Assembly: GCA_918797485.1 (NCBI GenBank)
Contig: CAKKNE010000002.1
Location: 2,914,001-2,978,000 of the forward strand
Reading direction: 5' to 3'
From: Pelagomonas calceolata
Taxonomy: Eukaryota
Length of the DNA stretch: 64,000 bases
Below, piece by piece: positions 32,644 to 42,125 of this stretch; the stretch's first letter is position 1, and each line of letters opens with the position of its first letter. The position numbers were made by a program, and so were the translations under genes. The notes below the pieces were generated by a model, which was not told the origin of the DNA, searched no databases, and saw only the letters and a program-made list of their open reading frames with translations.

Positions 32644-32666
32644 CTAGTGTCTTACTGGACACTAGC
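32644..32666 (-). promoter_or_regulatory. Intergenic palindrome-like motif copy 8 (perfect 8-bp arms)
   Basis: CTAGTGTC-TTACTG-GACACTAG. Confidence 0.7.
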
Positions 32667-32825
32667 CGCCACTTTACGCTTGCGTCGGCCCCGAGCCGTT
32701 TGCGTGCAGTTTGGATCGTGCCTACACTGCGCGACCATTACAGCTCGCACTCTACGGCCGGCGCGCCGCGTCAAATTTAAGAGAGGAAATTTTGACCTCG
32801 GAGTCCAGGTCAATTGACTCGTGTT

Positions 32826-33110
32826 ATGGGCCGGAACAAGTGGCACAGATCGCTTACTAAAGCGGAGAGGAAGCGAGCGAAAGAGGGAACAACGCTCTTC
32901 CATTCAAATAATAAGGGGGAGGAGACAGAGCAACGTGGTGAATCAGACGTAAGCAACAGTCACTGTGAAGTTGTCAATGACGGCCTTGTCCGGGCCGGGA
33001 CAGTCCGGCGGCGCCGCAGTCACAGCCAGACGTCTAATAATTCCTGGGTCCACGCGGTCGGTTTCGTCATACTCGCGGCGATCGTCATCTCGTGGGCGCT
33101 CGGGTACTAA
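32826..33110 (+). CDS. Small ORF (94 aa) with a C-terminal TM helix, tail-anchored-like
   Basis: MGRNKWHRSLTKAERK...WVHAVGFVILAAIVISWALGY*; 160 bp downstream of motif copy 8. Confidence 0.4.
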   Translation: MGRNKWHRSLTKAERKRAKEGTTLFHSNNKGEETEQRGESDVSNSHCEVVNDGLVRAGTVRRRRSHSQTSNNSWVHAVGFVILAAIVISWALGY

Positions 33111-33111
33111 A

Positions 33112-33894
33112 ATGTACGTTGCGGCGATCACAGCGTTCCTCGGCGTCGCCGCCGGCGCGCCGCTGCCGACGACCTGGCCGCCTCCACACAACACGTCGAC
33201 GCAGTGCGTCCGCATGCTCGCGAAGCACAAGCTCGATTGGCTGTTGGAGCCCTTCACCTGTACAAAAGCTCAGAAGACGTCCAATGCACACATCGTGCTC
33301 GGGACGGGCCTCGGTGGCACGGGAACGAGATCAGTAGCGACCGCCGTCGACAAGTTGGGATATCCCGCGTGCCACTCGTTCCTCTACGTCCTGCGGCTGC
33401 TCCAGATGAGCAAACCGCACGACCTCACGGCCTTCCGCGGCGGCGCGTCGTATTTCGATACGCCGATGGGCTACATCTTCCCACGGCTCCTGTGCTCGTT
33501 CCCGAAGGCGAAGATCGTCCACACGACGCGACGCGACTACCACCGGGGCTACGACGGCTCCTCGCGCAAATGCCGGTCAAAGCGCGAGTACCGCCTCGAG
33601 AGTGACCTCGCGCGGTGCATCGAGTACGGCTCGACGTGCCCGACGCGCGAGGAGGCGAGGACTGCGTTCGCCAATAACGAGCGGGCCGTGCTGTCCGTGC
33701 CCAAGTCGCGCCGCCACATCATGAACATCAGCGACCTGAGCAGCATTCATGCCGGGCCGCTAGCAGAATTCCTCGGAAAGGAGTGGCGCTGGGGCAATCC
33801 GGACAAACCGATTCCCCACAAAGCCGTCTACTACGCGTCCCGGGCGTGCCTCGGTGGGAATCATCCGAGGCATTGGGTGCCGCGAGTGCACTAA
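33112..33894 (+). CDS. Secreted sulfotransferase-like protein (Sulfotransfer_4 type)
   Basis: Signal peptide MYVAAITAFLGVAAGA; VLGTGLGGTGTRSVATAVDKLGYPACH; DTP; FPKAKIVHTTR; LAEFLG...P.P. Confidence 0.7.
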   Translation: MYVAAITAFLGVAAGAPLPTTWPPPHNTSTQCVRMLAKHKLDWLLEPFTCTKAQKTSNAHIVLGTGLGGTGTRSVATAVDKLGYPACHSFLYVLRLLQMSKPHDLTAFRGGASYFDTPMGYIFPRLLCSFPKAKIVHTTRRDYHRGYDGSSRKCRSKREYRLESDLARCIEYGSTCPTREEARTAFANNERAVLSVPKSRRHIMNISDLSSIHAGPLAEFLGKEWRWGNPDKPIPHKAVYYASRACLGGNHPRHWVPRVH

Positions 33895-33906
33895 GGAATA
33901 AGGGTT

Positions 33907-36081
33907 TTACGCGCTCCCCGGCGGCGGCGGCGCCTGGCGGGCGGCGAGCGCGTCTTGCGCCTGTTGTAAGAGGTTCTCCATGTTCACCGTGTCCGGGTGC
34001 GCGCTGCCGAGGACCTGCAGCGCGATGTCGCGGATCTCCCCGAGCGTCGCCGTGACCTCACTGAGTTCGTCGAGCGTGGCGCCTTCGAAATCGAGCGCCC
34101 GCGCGTAATCCAACTGCGCCCGGAGCATGCTTTCGTTCGTCCCGGGAGGCGGGTCGCCGTCCGCGCCAAGCGGCGCTGCGCTACTCCCGGGGTTCTGCGC
34201 CTGGGTGGCCCGCAATGACGACAACGACGTGGCAGCGCTGTACGTCGCCGTCGACGTCGCGGTCGCTTGACCCGTTGAAATGCGCCTGTTCTCCTCAAGC
34301 AAGTCCGTCGCAGTCGGGGGCGCCGGAGAGGGTTCGACACCAGTATTGAACGACGAGGGCCGCATCGCCAGGCGGGGGTCGTGCGCCGGCCCGGCGAGGG
34401 TCTCCGCCGCGAGCACCGCCGGCGGCCCGAGCGCGCGCCAGGCCTCGCGCCAGCCCGGCGGGTGCTCACTATCGTCCTCCGCGGCGGCTTGCGCGGCGAC
34501 CTCCTCCGCCCTGGGTCGCAGCCCGGGCCACTGGTTGAAGACCTGGCGCGGCTGCGGCTCGGAGTCGTCCGAGAACAGGAACTCGCGCGGGTGACCGGGT
34601 CTAGCTTCGACGTCCAAATTCGCCGGGCGCGTCGCGGGCAGGAGCTGGACGGGGTCCGGGTAGCGGTGGAGCCACTCGGAGTGCTGGTTCTTCTTTTCGG
34701 CTTTCTTGGCCGGCTTGACTGAAGTAACGATACCGCGCGCGCGCTCGTCGCTCAGCGACTGGCGCCAGTGCGTCGGCGGCGGCGGCGGCGGCGGCTGCGG
34801 GCGGTAGCCCGGCGGCGTGCGGTTCGGCGTCGGGTCGTAGCCGAAGGGCGTCACGAAGTTCGACAGCACCGGGTCGACGCGGCACGTGAGAGCCCCGGGG
34901 CCCAGCTCAAAGGTCCACAATTCAAAGGGCGGCTCGCGGTGGCAGTCCTGGGCGCCCCGCGTGTCGTAGCGCCCGCGGAACCGCGCCTCGAGCCGCAACA
35001 ATCCGGAGCCGTTGAAGATCCAGCGGTCCGGCGCTAATAAAGGATGGGCGCAGGCCTCGAGCGGCGGCACGCGCAGCACCCAGCGGTCTTTGGGGGGAGG
35101 CGGCGGCGGCGGCGGCGGCGGCCCCTTTGTTATAGCGGGCGGCCGCGGCGGCGGGCCGCCGCCCGGCCGCGGCGGCGGCGCGCGTCTTCTTCTACACGAC
35201 GACGGGAACTCGAGAGTCGCAAAGTGCCTCACGCTTCTGGGAGGGATCTCCACCACGTCTAACCTTTGATCTCCGACCAACCCGCGGCTCTCGTACCTCC
35301 TCAGCAACACGGACCTTTCTAAGGGGTTCGCGAAGGCCAATTTCAAGCTATCGTCGCGCCCCCGATCGACCTTGAAATGGACCCTCCTAAAACCAGCAGC
35401 GCACTCGCGAAACAAGTGAATCTTGCCGCCCATGACGCCCGCCGCCGCTGCCTTCAACGCTTCCCTTTGTCTCTGCAACTGCGCCTCCCGCGCGGCCCGA
35501 GTCGCGGCCACAAAAGCAGCTAACGCGCCTCCTTTGGGATGCTGCCTGACGAGCTCCTCACAGCTCTCATACACATCGGGGAAGGACCGCTCGATGGCCT
35601 GGCGCACGTTCATGCGGCCGCGCTCCTCATCATAACGAAGACACGCGGCGGCAAAAATGCGTTTCTTCGTCTCCGGCGCGGCTCTCCTAGCGATCCTGGC
35701 GAGCCACCTGGCCGAAGCGGCTCGGACCGCTTGCAGCTTGTCTCCTTTTAATGTTTTCGTTAAAAATTCTTCCGCGTCGACGCCCAAACAGCGCCCCATG
35801 GCCTCGACCGCTTCGAGCCGCCACCGCGCCCTTTTCGAGACGCTCCGCGCGGCCCAGCGCTTCTCAAAACATCGTTTGATGGCCGCGGGGAGTCGCGAGT
35901 GCGCGTTGAATTGTTTGGAGACAGCCCGTAACGCTCGCAGATCGTTGGGGTCCGCGAACCTTCCGATACCATCTAACGCGCGATGCGGGCCGGCGAGGGG
36001 GCTCTCGCCGGGCGTACTCCGGCGTCCCTCTTTCGGCTCGACGTCCATCTTTTCGCTTCCCGACGAGTTGGGGGTCTCCAT
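33907..36081 (-). CDS. F-box-like/HEAT-like, proline-rich protein ending in a TPR-family tail
   Basis: LDGIGRFADPNDLRALRAVSKQF (F-box-like); poly-Pro tracts; C-terminal ATLDELSEVTATL...VLGSAHPDT. Confidence 0.55.
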   Translation of the reverse strand: METPNSSGSEKMDVEPKEGRRSTPGESPLAGPHRALDGIGRFADPNDLRALRAVSKQFNAHSRLPAAIKRCFEKRWAARSVSKRARWRLEAVEAMGRCLGVDAEEFLTKTLKGDKLQAVRAASARWLARIARRAAPETKKRIFAAACLRYDEERGRMNVRQAIERSFPDVYESCEELVRQHPKGGALAAFVAATRAAREAQLQRQREALKAAAAGVMGGKIHLFRECAAGFRRVHFKVDRGRDDSLKLAFANPLERSVLLRRYESRGLVGDQRLDVVEIPPRSVRHFATLEFPSSCRRRRAPPPRPGGGPPPRPPAITKGPPPPPPPPPPKDRWVLRVPPLEACAHPLLAPDRWIFNGSGLLRLEARFRGRYDTRGAQDCHREPPFELWTFELGPGALTCRVDPVLSNFVTPFGYDPTPNRTPPGYRPQPPPPPPPTHWRQSLSDERARGIVTSVKPAKKAEKKNQHSEWLHRYPDPVQLLPATRPANLDVEARPGHPREFLFSDDSEPQPRQVFNQWPGLRPRAEEVAAQAAAEDDSEHPPGWREAWRALGPPAVLAAETLAGPAHDPRLAMRPSSFNTGVEPSPAPPTATDLLEENRRISTGQATATSTATYSAATSLSSLRATQAQNPGSSAAPLGADGDPPPGTNESMLRAQLDYARALDFEGATLDELSEVTATLGEIRDIALQVLGSAHPDTVNMENLLQQAQDALAARQAPPPPGSA

Positions 36082-36290
36082 CTGTGTCCCTTCTCGGGCC
36101 GCGGGCCCGGGGCGGGGCTGTGGGTATTCGGCCCGCTCTGCTGTTCGGGGCTGCCCCGCGACGGGGCTGCCCGCGCAGGCTTGCCGCTGGCGGAACGCGG
36201 CGGGGGCTATGGATCTGTCGCTACCTCAGCGAACAGCGCGCTCGGTGGGCGCGGGCGAAGCGGCTTGCTGGCCAGCTTCATGCTTGGATT

Positions 36291-36313
36291 GCTAGTGTCT
36301 TACCGCCGCTAGC
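36291..36313 (-). promoter_or_regulatory. Intergenic palindrome-like motif copy 9
   Basis: Reverse complement is GCTAGCGGCGGTAAGACACTAGC; 210 bp upstream of the start at 36081. Confidence 0.7.
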
Positions 36314-36385
36314 AAAATGCGGGACGCGGCGACTTGGCGCACTGGTGACGCCATCGCCGCGATAAGAAGAAACCTAAAAAACAAC

Positions 36386-37666
36386 TTACCTCTGCTCGAA
36401 GGAGCCGATGCTCGCGCGGCTCGGCCGCTTCCGGTGCGGCGCGATCATATAATCTAAATCTGCGCGCATGCGGACGCACTTGTGGAATTCTTTGGAGAGC
36501 ACCGCCGGCGCGTGGAGCTGCGAGCTCTTCCGGATCGCTTTCCACACGGCCTCGTGCCGCTCCGCCGTCCCCAATCGCTTCGCCTGCTGCGCCGTCAACC
36601 CGTAATTCACCTTCAGCGGCCTGGACGGCACTTGGGACGGCAGCTTGAGATCGGTGCCAAAGTCCTTGCGGGGCGGCTCCGTGCCCGCCGGCACGTAGCT
36701 GCCGTCCTGGGCTAGTAATTGCCAGTCCGTCACGGCCAAGCGACCGCTTTCATCTCTATATGCATTGATCGGCCGCGACTGCGTCTCGTGCGACTGGACA
36801 CTCTTGATGTCCATGTCGTACTCCCACGCGGCTTCTTGGACGGAGTCCTCCGGGAGTTTCACGGGCCGCGAAGCGATCAAATGCGCCAACGCCTCGAAGT
36901 GCCGTCGTCGCCCGTTGTCCGGAAATTTCTCATCAAAAGCGCCTTCTAAGACATAAGGAGTGGCTGCACCGGGCTGTTCGTGCTCGTAATCGGCCCACTC
37001 GTCTACTTCCGATGCCTCGGTCTGAGCCTTTTTCCTAGGAGACGGCACGAAGGTCTTTCGCGAAGGAGGCATCCTCAAGTATTCATATATATTCTTCGCG
37101 GGCCGCACCCGCATGTCATTTAACCTCTTGGCCACTTGGGCCTTGTTCGCACCGCCCGTGGCGCCGCCCGTTACGATGTCATAGCACACGTCGGCCATCT
37201 CACTCCAATCGAGAACCGCTTCTCCACCCAAGTCTGCCGGGCCGTCCATCGTAGAAGACGACCGCGTGGGCCCCTTCTTGTAGGGGCCCTTCCTCCAAAA
37301 ATCTCGAGGCGCCGCCTGGGCCCGTCCGAGCGACACCTTGCCCCAGTAGAGCGTCTGTTTCCGATCCGCGGCGTCGGCCTCCATCCGCTTCCTCCGTAGC
37401 CTCTCATAACCCAACCGTTCAGGTTCACTTCGTTTCCAGAGCTCCTGGTGCCGCGCGAACCGGTACGCCGCCATCGACGGCAGCGGTGGCGGCACGTAGG
37501 CGCGGTCGACTTTCGGCTTGGGCGCGTGTCCCGTTTTCACTTTCAGGGTCGCCCAGGCCGGCGGCCCTGGTGTTTGTGCTATTTCTCGCGCGTGCGTGAT
37601 AGCGGCGAACTCGGGGAACTCGTCTTCTGTCGTTCTCATCGTCGTCGCCATTGCGTCGAGCGCCAT
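36386..37666 (-). CDS. Hypothetical protein
   Basis: 426-aa ATG-initiated ORF with protein-like composition; no family recognised. Confidence 0.55.
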   Translation of the reverse strand: MALDAMATTMRTTEDEFPEFAAITHAREIAQTPGPPAWATLKVKTGHAPKPKVDRAYVPPPLPSMAAYRFARHQELWKRSEPERLGYERLRRKRMEADAADRKQTLYWGKVSLGRAQAAPRDFWRKGPYKKGPTRSSSTMDGPADLGGEAVLDWSEMADVCYDIVTGGATGGANKAQVAKRLNDMRVRPAKNIYEYLRMPPSRKTFVPSPRKKAQTEASEVDEWADYEHEQPGAATPYVLEGAFDEKFPDNGRRRHFEALAHLIASRPVKLPEDSVQEAAWEYDMDIKSVQSHETQSRPINAYRDESGRLAVTDWQLLAQDGSYVPAGTEPPRKDFGTDLKLPSQVPSRPLKVNYGLTAQQAKRLGTAERHEAVWKAIRKSSQLHAPAVLSKEFHKCVRMRADLDYMIAPHRKRPSRASIGSFEQR

Positions 37667-37936
37667 CGTGCTTGGTTTGGGGCTGCCCTTGGCTGCTGGC
37701 GGCTGCCTTTACGCTGTTGCCCCGTCTGCGGAGGGTCCGTACGGGTCGAACGCCGAGGGATGCGCAGCAGGGCTGCCGCCTGTGGCTCCGCGCGGCGTCT
37801 TAATGGCGAGAGGCTGCACAGCGCCTGGATGCCAAAAGCTCTCCCGCGCCGTGGACTCCCGGGCTTCCTGTGACCCCTGCACTCCATGGACGGGCGGGGG
37901 ACGCGTAATACGAGTTCTAGAGTCGGTCCATTTCTT

Positions 37937-37960
37937 GCTAGTATGTTACAGGCCGCTAGC
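37937..37960 (-). promoter_or_regulatory. Intergenic palindrome-like motif copy 10
   Basis: Reverse complement is GCTAGCGGCCTGTAACATACTAGC; 174 bp before the RPB12 ATG. Confidence 0.65.
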
Positions 37961-38133
37961 TAATTCAGCCGCGCCGCGCAGACTCTCGCTCGCCCACAGC
38001 ATCGAGCAACGCGCGTACGTTTAACAGTTCTCAAAGGTCCGCTACAGGACGCCAACGAGTACCGCCCAACGCTACAGAAGCGCCACCACAGCAGCGTCGC
38101 CCAAGCCCAGCAACCGGAGCAACAAGCAGCGCC

Positions 38134-38352
38134 ATGGACCAGCAGCAGCAGCAGCAGCAAGCTCCCCTCGAACCCATCGACCACGACGCCGCGGCGGCCG
38201 CGGCAGCCGAGATCGGCGTCAAATACGTCTGTGGCGACTGCGGCGGCGAGAACGTCATCAAAGCTCGAGACGCCGTGCGCTGCCGCTTCTGCGGCTACCG
38301 CATCCTCTACAAGATCCGCACGAAGCGCCTCATCCAGTTCGAGGCCCGCTGA
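38134..38352 (+). CDS. RPB12: RNA polymerases I/II/III shared subunit RPABC4 (RPB12)
   Basis: [37 protein letters not shown]; poly-Q N-terminus. Confidence 0.95.
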   Translation: MDQQQQQQQAPLEPIDHDAAAAAAAEIGVKYVCGDCGGENVIKARDAVRCRFCGYRILYKIRTKRLIQFEAR

Positions 38353-39500
38353 TGGAGCTGCTGTTTCTCGGCACGTCGGCGGGCGCGCCGTCGGCCTCGA
38401 GAAACGTCCAGAGCTGCGCCGTGCGCCTGGAGAGCGGCGAGTACGTCGTCGTCGACTGTGGAGAAGGCACGCAGCAGCAACTGCTCAAGGCCTCACGGGC
38501 CAAGAGCTTCCGGCCGAGCCGCACAAATTTAATTCTCGTCACGCATTTGCACGGCGACCACTCCTTCGGCCTGCCCGGGCTGGTTGTTTATTTGGACAAC
38601 GCCGCGACCGAGAAGGCGCCGCCGCTACAGATCGTCGGCCCTGTGGGCGTCGCTGCCTTCCTGCGGACGGCACTCATCCTGTCGCGGACGGAGCTGAAGC
38701 GCGGCTACCGCGTGACGGAATTGGCGACCCCGGCGCCCACAGGCGGCGGGGCGTACGAGGGGGCTGCTCTATGCACGACCGCGCCGCCGGTCCTCCATCC
38801 GGACGAGCGCGCCGTCAGCGAGGTCCTGGCCCCGAATGATGATGGCATGTTCGCCCTCGAGCTGCTGACTGGCTGTTCGCTCACCGCGGCCCCTTTGGCG
38901 CACGGCTCCATCGCCTGCGTCGGCTACCGCCTCCAGGAGGCGGACGCGCCCGGCTCCATCGACGCGCAGCGCGCCGCCGCCGAAGCCGAGAGAGCCGGCG
39001 ACGACGCGCGCCGCATCTGCCGCGCGCTGCGGGAGTGCTCTCTGAATAACACGGAGCGCTTGACGCTCGCGGACGGCTCCGAGCTCAGTGTCGCGGACGG
39101 CTTCGTCGGCGCCGTGACGAGGCGCGGCCGCGCCGTCGTCGTGCTTGGCGACTGCTGCCACGCCGGCGGCGTCTGTTCTGACGCGACGCGGCGGCTGGTC
39201 GAGGACGCCGATGTCCTGGTCCACGAGGCCACTTTAGATGATGCGTTCGCGGCGCTGGCGCTGGAGCGGGGGCACTCGACGCCCGCCGACGCCGCGCGCG
39301 TCGCGGCCCGCGCCGGCACGTCGCACCTTGTGCTCTGGCACTTCTCGCCGCGCTACCGGAACGACGACGCGTTCCGGACGACTTTCACCGACGCCGTCCG
39401 GGCGCACTTCGGCGGCGCGCTGACGCTCGCCTTGGACTTTGACCGCGTCGCGGTGCCGCGCGAAAAGAAGGTGCTGCCTCCGGCGGCGCCGCCACCATGA
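38352..39500 (+). CDS. rnz: Short-form ribonuclease Z (bacterial RNase Z/BN, ELAC1-like)
   Basis: [37 protein letters not shown]...CVGY, flexible arm, DVLVHEAT, GHST, HFSPRY. Confidence 0.9.
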   Translation: MELLFLGTSAGAPSASRNVQSCAVRLESGEYVVVDCGEGTQQQLLKASRAKSFRPSRTNLILVTHLHGDHSFGLPGLVVYLDNAATEKAPPLQIVGPVGVAAFLRTALILSRTELKRGYRVTELATPAPTGGGAYEGAALCTTAPPVLHPDERAVSEVLAPNDDGMFALELLTGCSLTAAPLAHGSIACVGYRLQEADAPGSIDAQRAAAEAERAGDDARRICRALRECSLNNTERLTLADGSELSVADGFVGAVTRRGRAVVVLGDCCHAGGVCSDATRRLVEDADVLVHEATLDDAFAALALERGHSTPADAARVAARAGTSHLVLWHFSPRYRNDDAFRTTFTDAVRAHFGGALTLALDFDRVAVPREKKVLPPAAPPP

Positions 39501-39584
39501 CGGAGTAATGTGGTGGACTTACTAGTAGCCAAGATTACGCGGACGGGTTTTTCACGCTGCCAATAACTGTACTGAAAACGCTCC

Positions 39585-39678
39585 AGACGCCCTACCATAT
39601 AGTCGATGTTACGGTGCTAGGACTAGTGGGCGGAGCCCCTGGGGGGGAGACACCGCGCGTCGCCGAGACGCCCTACCA
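39585..39678 (+). mobile_element. Small dispersed element copy A (~68 bp) flanked by 13-bp direct repeats
   Basis: AGACGCCCTACCA at 39585-39597 and 39666-39678; core 39611-39654 matches the reverse complement of 48008-48049. Confidence 0.45.
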
Positions 39679-39977
39679 CCGAAGTATAAGGTACCCTACT
39701 ATACCTATACCTTATTCGTACCTTATCGACCGAGCTCGCGTTTTTGGCAAGCATCTTGCCATCTCATCCGCGCTGCATCGTGGGTTTGCTAAAAATAGCT
39801 GCCAGGCCGTCGCCAGCGCGAAACTGCTCGGCGCCCGGCACAGCACAACCTGAGGAGCCAAACCACTTAATCCATCACTTCCTCTGAGCTAAGACCGCGC
39901 CGCGCGCAACCGCACGCGAGAACAGGACCGCGGCCTCCGGCATAATTCAAGGCACGTCATAGCGTCAACGCAACTCC

Positions 39978-41699
39978 ATGCTCCCCCTCCTCGCCCAGGA
40001 CCCGCTACGGAAGGTCCTCCAGTTCTGCACCGCCCACGAAGTTCTCCAGTACGGCAATGCTTCGAAGAAGGCCCAGGACACGCTAGCCGACGACGTCGTC
40101 TGGCGCGGCCTCGCGTCGCGCGATTTTTATGGAGAGCGTCGTCGCGATGAGGGCTTGAGCCTGGGCGTCCGCGACGGCGGCGACACGATGTATTTCAAGA
40201 TCCAGCCGTTCACTCCACTACAACGCGTTTTTGATGCCGTCGCGAAGCGGAAAGACGCGGCCGTGGAGACGCTCTGCTTCGCGCTCGACGGCTCGCGCGT
40301 CCGCGGCCACCTGACGCTCGAGGACTTGGATATTACTGCGGAGGAGCACCTCGACTGCTTGCCTCTCAAAGACGCGCCATCCGACGAGTTTCTGCCGAGC
40401 GCGTCCGCGGCGTTCAGCGCTCCCGCTCAAGCCGAGGCGCCCGAGGACGCTAGCGATCCGGACGCTGCGGACGTAAGCACGCTGTGCGACCTCGTCGGCG
40501 CGTGCGACTCGTGGCGCGTGGCGTACCGCCGCTGGGCCAGCGTCGCGCGGCGCGTCAAGTATCACGAGCAAGGTTTCGACGCGCGCTCGTGGCTGGTGGT
40601 CGCGCGCGCGTGGCGCGACATCAAGGCGGCGCTCGCCGAGCAGTCCATGGACGCGATCGTGGCGTCCCTGCGACCGCCGGCGACCCCGGAGGACCTGAGG
40701 CAGGTCGGCGTGCGGAGCCTGCGCTACGCGTACGCGATCCACGACGGCCAGGCCCTGGCGTTCGACGCAGCGCGGCGCCGGCAGGACCGCGCCGCCATGC
40801 GCGACTCCCAGCAGAGCGTCTTCCACGGTCTCTTCGGCGGCGTCTCCGCCTACGATTACGTCGTGTGCACGCGTTTTGTGTCAATCACGGAGGCGATGGC
40901 GCTCTCGCCGCCCGAAGAAGAAGACGTGGCCGACGTTCATTTCGCAGCCAACTACGACGGGAGCTGGCGGTTCGTAGCGGGAGTTGACCTGTGGTACGAG
41001 GGGCACGATTCGCGAGCGGTCGAGGTCGAGACTGTGTTCGCCAACGACGGCTCGCGGCTCGCGATGGCGGCGCCCACATCTCACGACGCCTTCGCGCAGT
41101 GGTTCGCCACGTACGCCGCGCGCGTCCGCCTGCGCGCCTACCGCGTCGCGCCGCTCATGCCCGACGCGCCCGACGGGACCCGCGGCGTCGTGCTCTTCCC
41201 CGACGCGGACGCCGGCGACGACTGCCACGTGTCCGAGGCCATTACGAGAGGCGTTCGCGTGCGGGCGTCGGCGGTCTACCTGCCGAACTCGCCGTCGGGC
41301 TACGCCTATTCCATCCGCATCCGACGCGTGTCCGACGAGGCCCCAGAAAGCTGCCAGCTCCGGACGAGACACTGGCACATCAACGACGGGGAAAGGACAT
41401 CGACCGTGAGCGGCGAGGGCGTCGTGGGCAAGTTCCCCGTGCTCACATCAACAGGATGGCGCGACGACTCGCAAGTCGCGAACATGACTCACGGCTTTTC
41501 GACAGCAGTCCTACCAGGTGAAGATAGAGAAGGCGAGTTCGTCTACCAGTCCTTCTCGGGCATGACGCGCGGACCCCGCGGAGGCAGTTTCCGGGGGGAG
41601 CTGGAGTTCGTCCCTGGTGAGGTCAGTGCTCCGACGGGCGAGCCCTTCCGCGTCGTGTGCCCGGAGTTCGCGCTGCGGAAGCCGCGGTTCCTCTACTAG
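39978..41699 (+). CDS. FBXO3/SKIP16-like protein: F-box, SUMO-like insert, SMI1/KNR4 and ApaG domains
   Basis: LAQDPLRKVLQFC...ASK...DDVVWR; SUMO-like block; LRPPAT...YAIHDGQ...GLFGG; T.GVRV...YAYSIRI...CQLRTRHWHI...GEGVVGKFPVL. Confidence 0.85.
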   Translation: MLPLLAQDPLRKVLQFCTAHEVLQYGNASKKAQDTLADDVVWRGLASRDFYGERRRDEGLSLGVRDGGDTMYFKIQPFTPLQRVFDAVAKRKDAAVETLCFALDGSRVRGHLTLEDLDITAEEHLDCLPLKDAPSDEFLPSASAAFSAPAQAEAPEDASDPDAADVSTLCDLVGACDSWRVAYRRWASVARRVKYHEQGFDARSWLVVARAWRDIKAALAEQSMDAIVASLRPPATPEDLRQVGVRSLRYAYAIHDGQALAFDAARRRQDRAAMRDSQQSVFHGLFGGVSAYDYVVCTRFVSITEAMALSPPEEEDVADVHFAANYDGSWRFVAGVDLWYEGHDSRAVEVETVFANDGSRLAMAAPTSHDAFAQWFATYAARVRLRAYRVAPLMPDAPDGTRGVVLFPDADAGDDCHVSEAITRGVRVRASAVYLPNSPSGYAYSIRIRRVSDEAPESCQLRTRHWHINDGERTSTVSGEGVVGKFPVLTSTGWRDDSQVANMTHGFSTAVLPGEDREGEFVYQSFSGMTRGPRGGSFRGELEFVPGEVSAPTGEPFRVVCPEFALRKPRFLY

Positions 41700-42125
41700 C
41701 CTCTTCCCCCTCCTGTAACTATCTTATACTCATTGGTCCCTGTTGTCATGACCGCTGGTGGTGGTCGGCACAGCCGCGCGGGGCACCACGACGCGCCCCA
41801 GATGCGCCGCCCGCGTTGCAGGTGCACTTGACGACTCCTCCGCTACGTAGACCTAGGCTCGCTGGAGTCATGTGTGACATCGCGTTTGACACGACGGAAC
41901 CGCGGAGCAGCGGAGCGCCGTCCGACACCGCAGCGCATTCTTCTCTTCGCGCGGCTACTCCCGAAGGGAATTAGCTTGTCGAGCGCGGTCCTACAATCGC
42001 ACTTGCGCCATCACGCGCGCTGCGCTACGTGAGGAGCCGTCAGTACAGCGTTTAACACAAGACCTCTCAGAGGTTTAAAGGGATCACCCCGCGCGACGAC
42101 GTAAAGGACCAGCTGTGGACACAAA

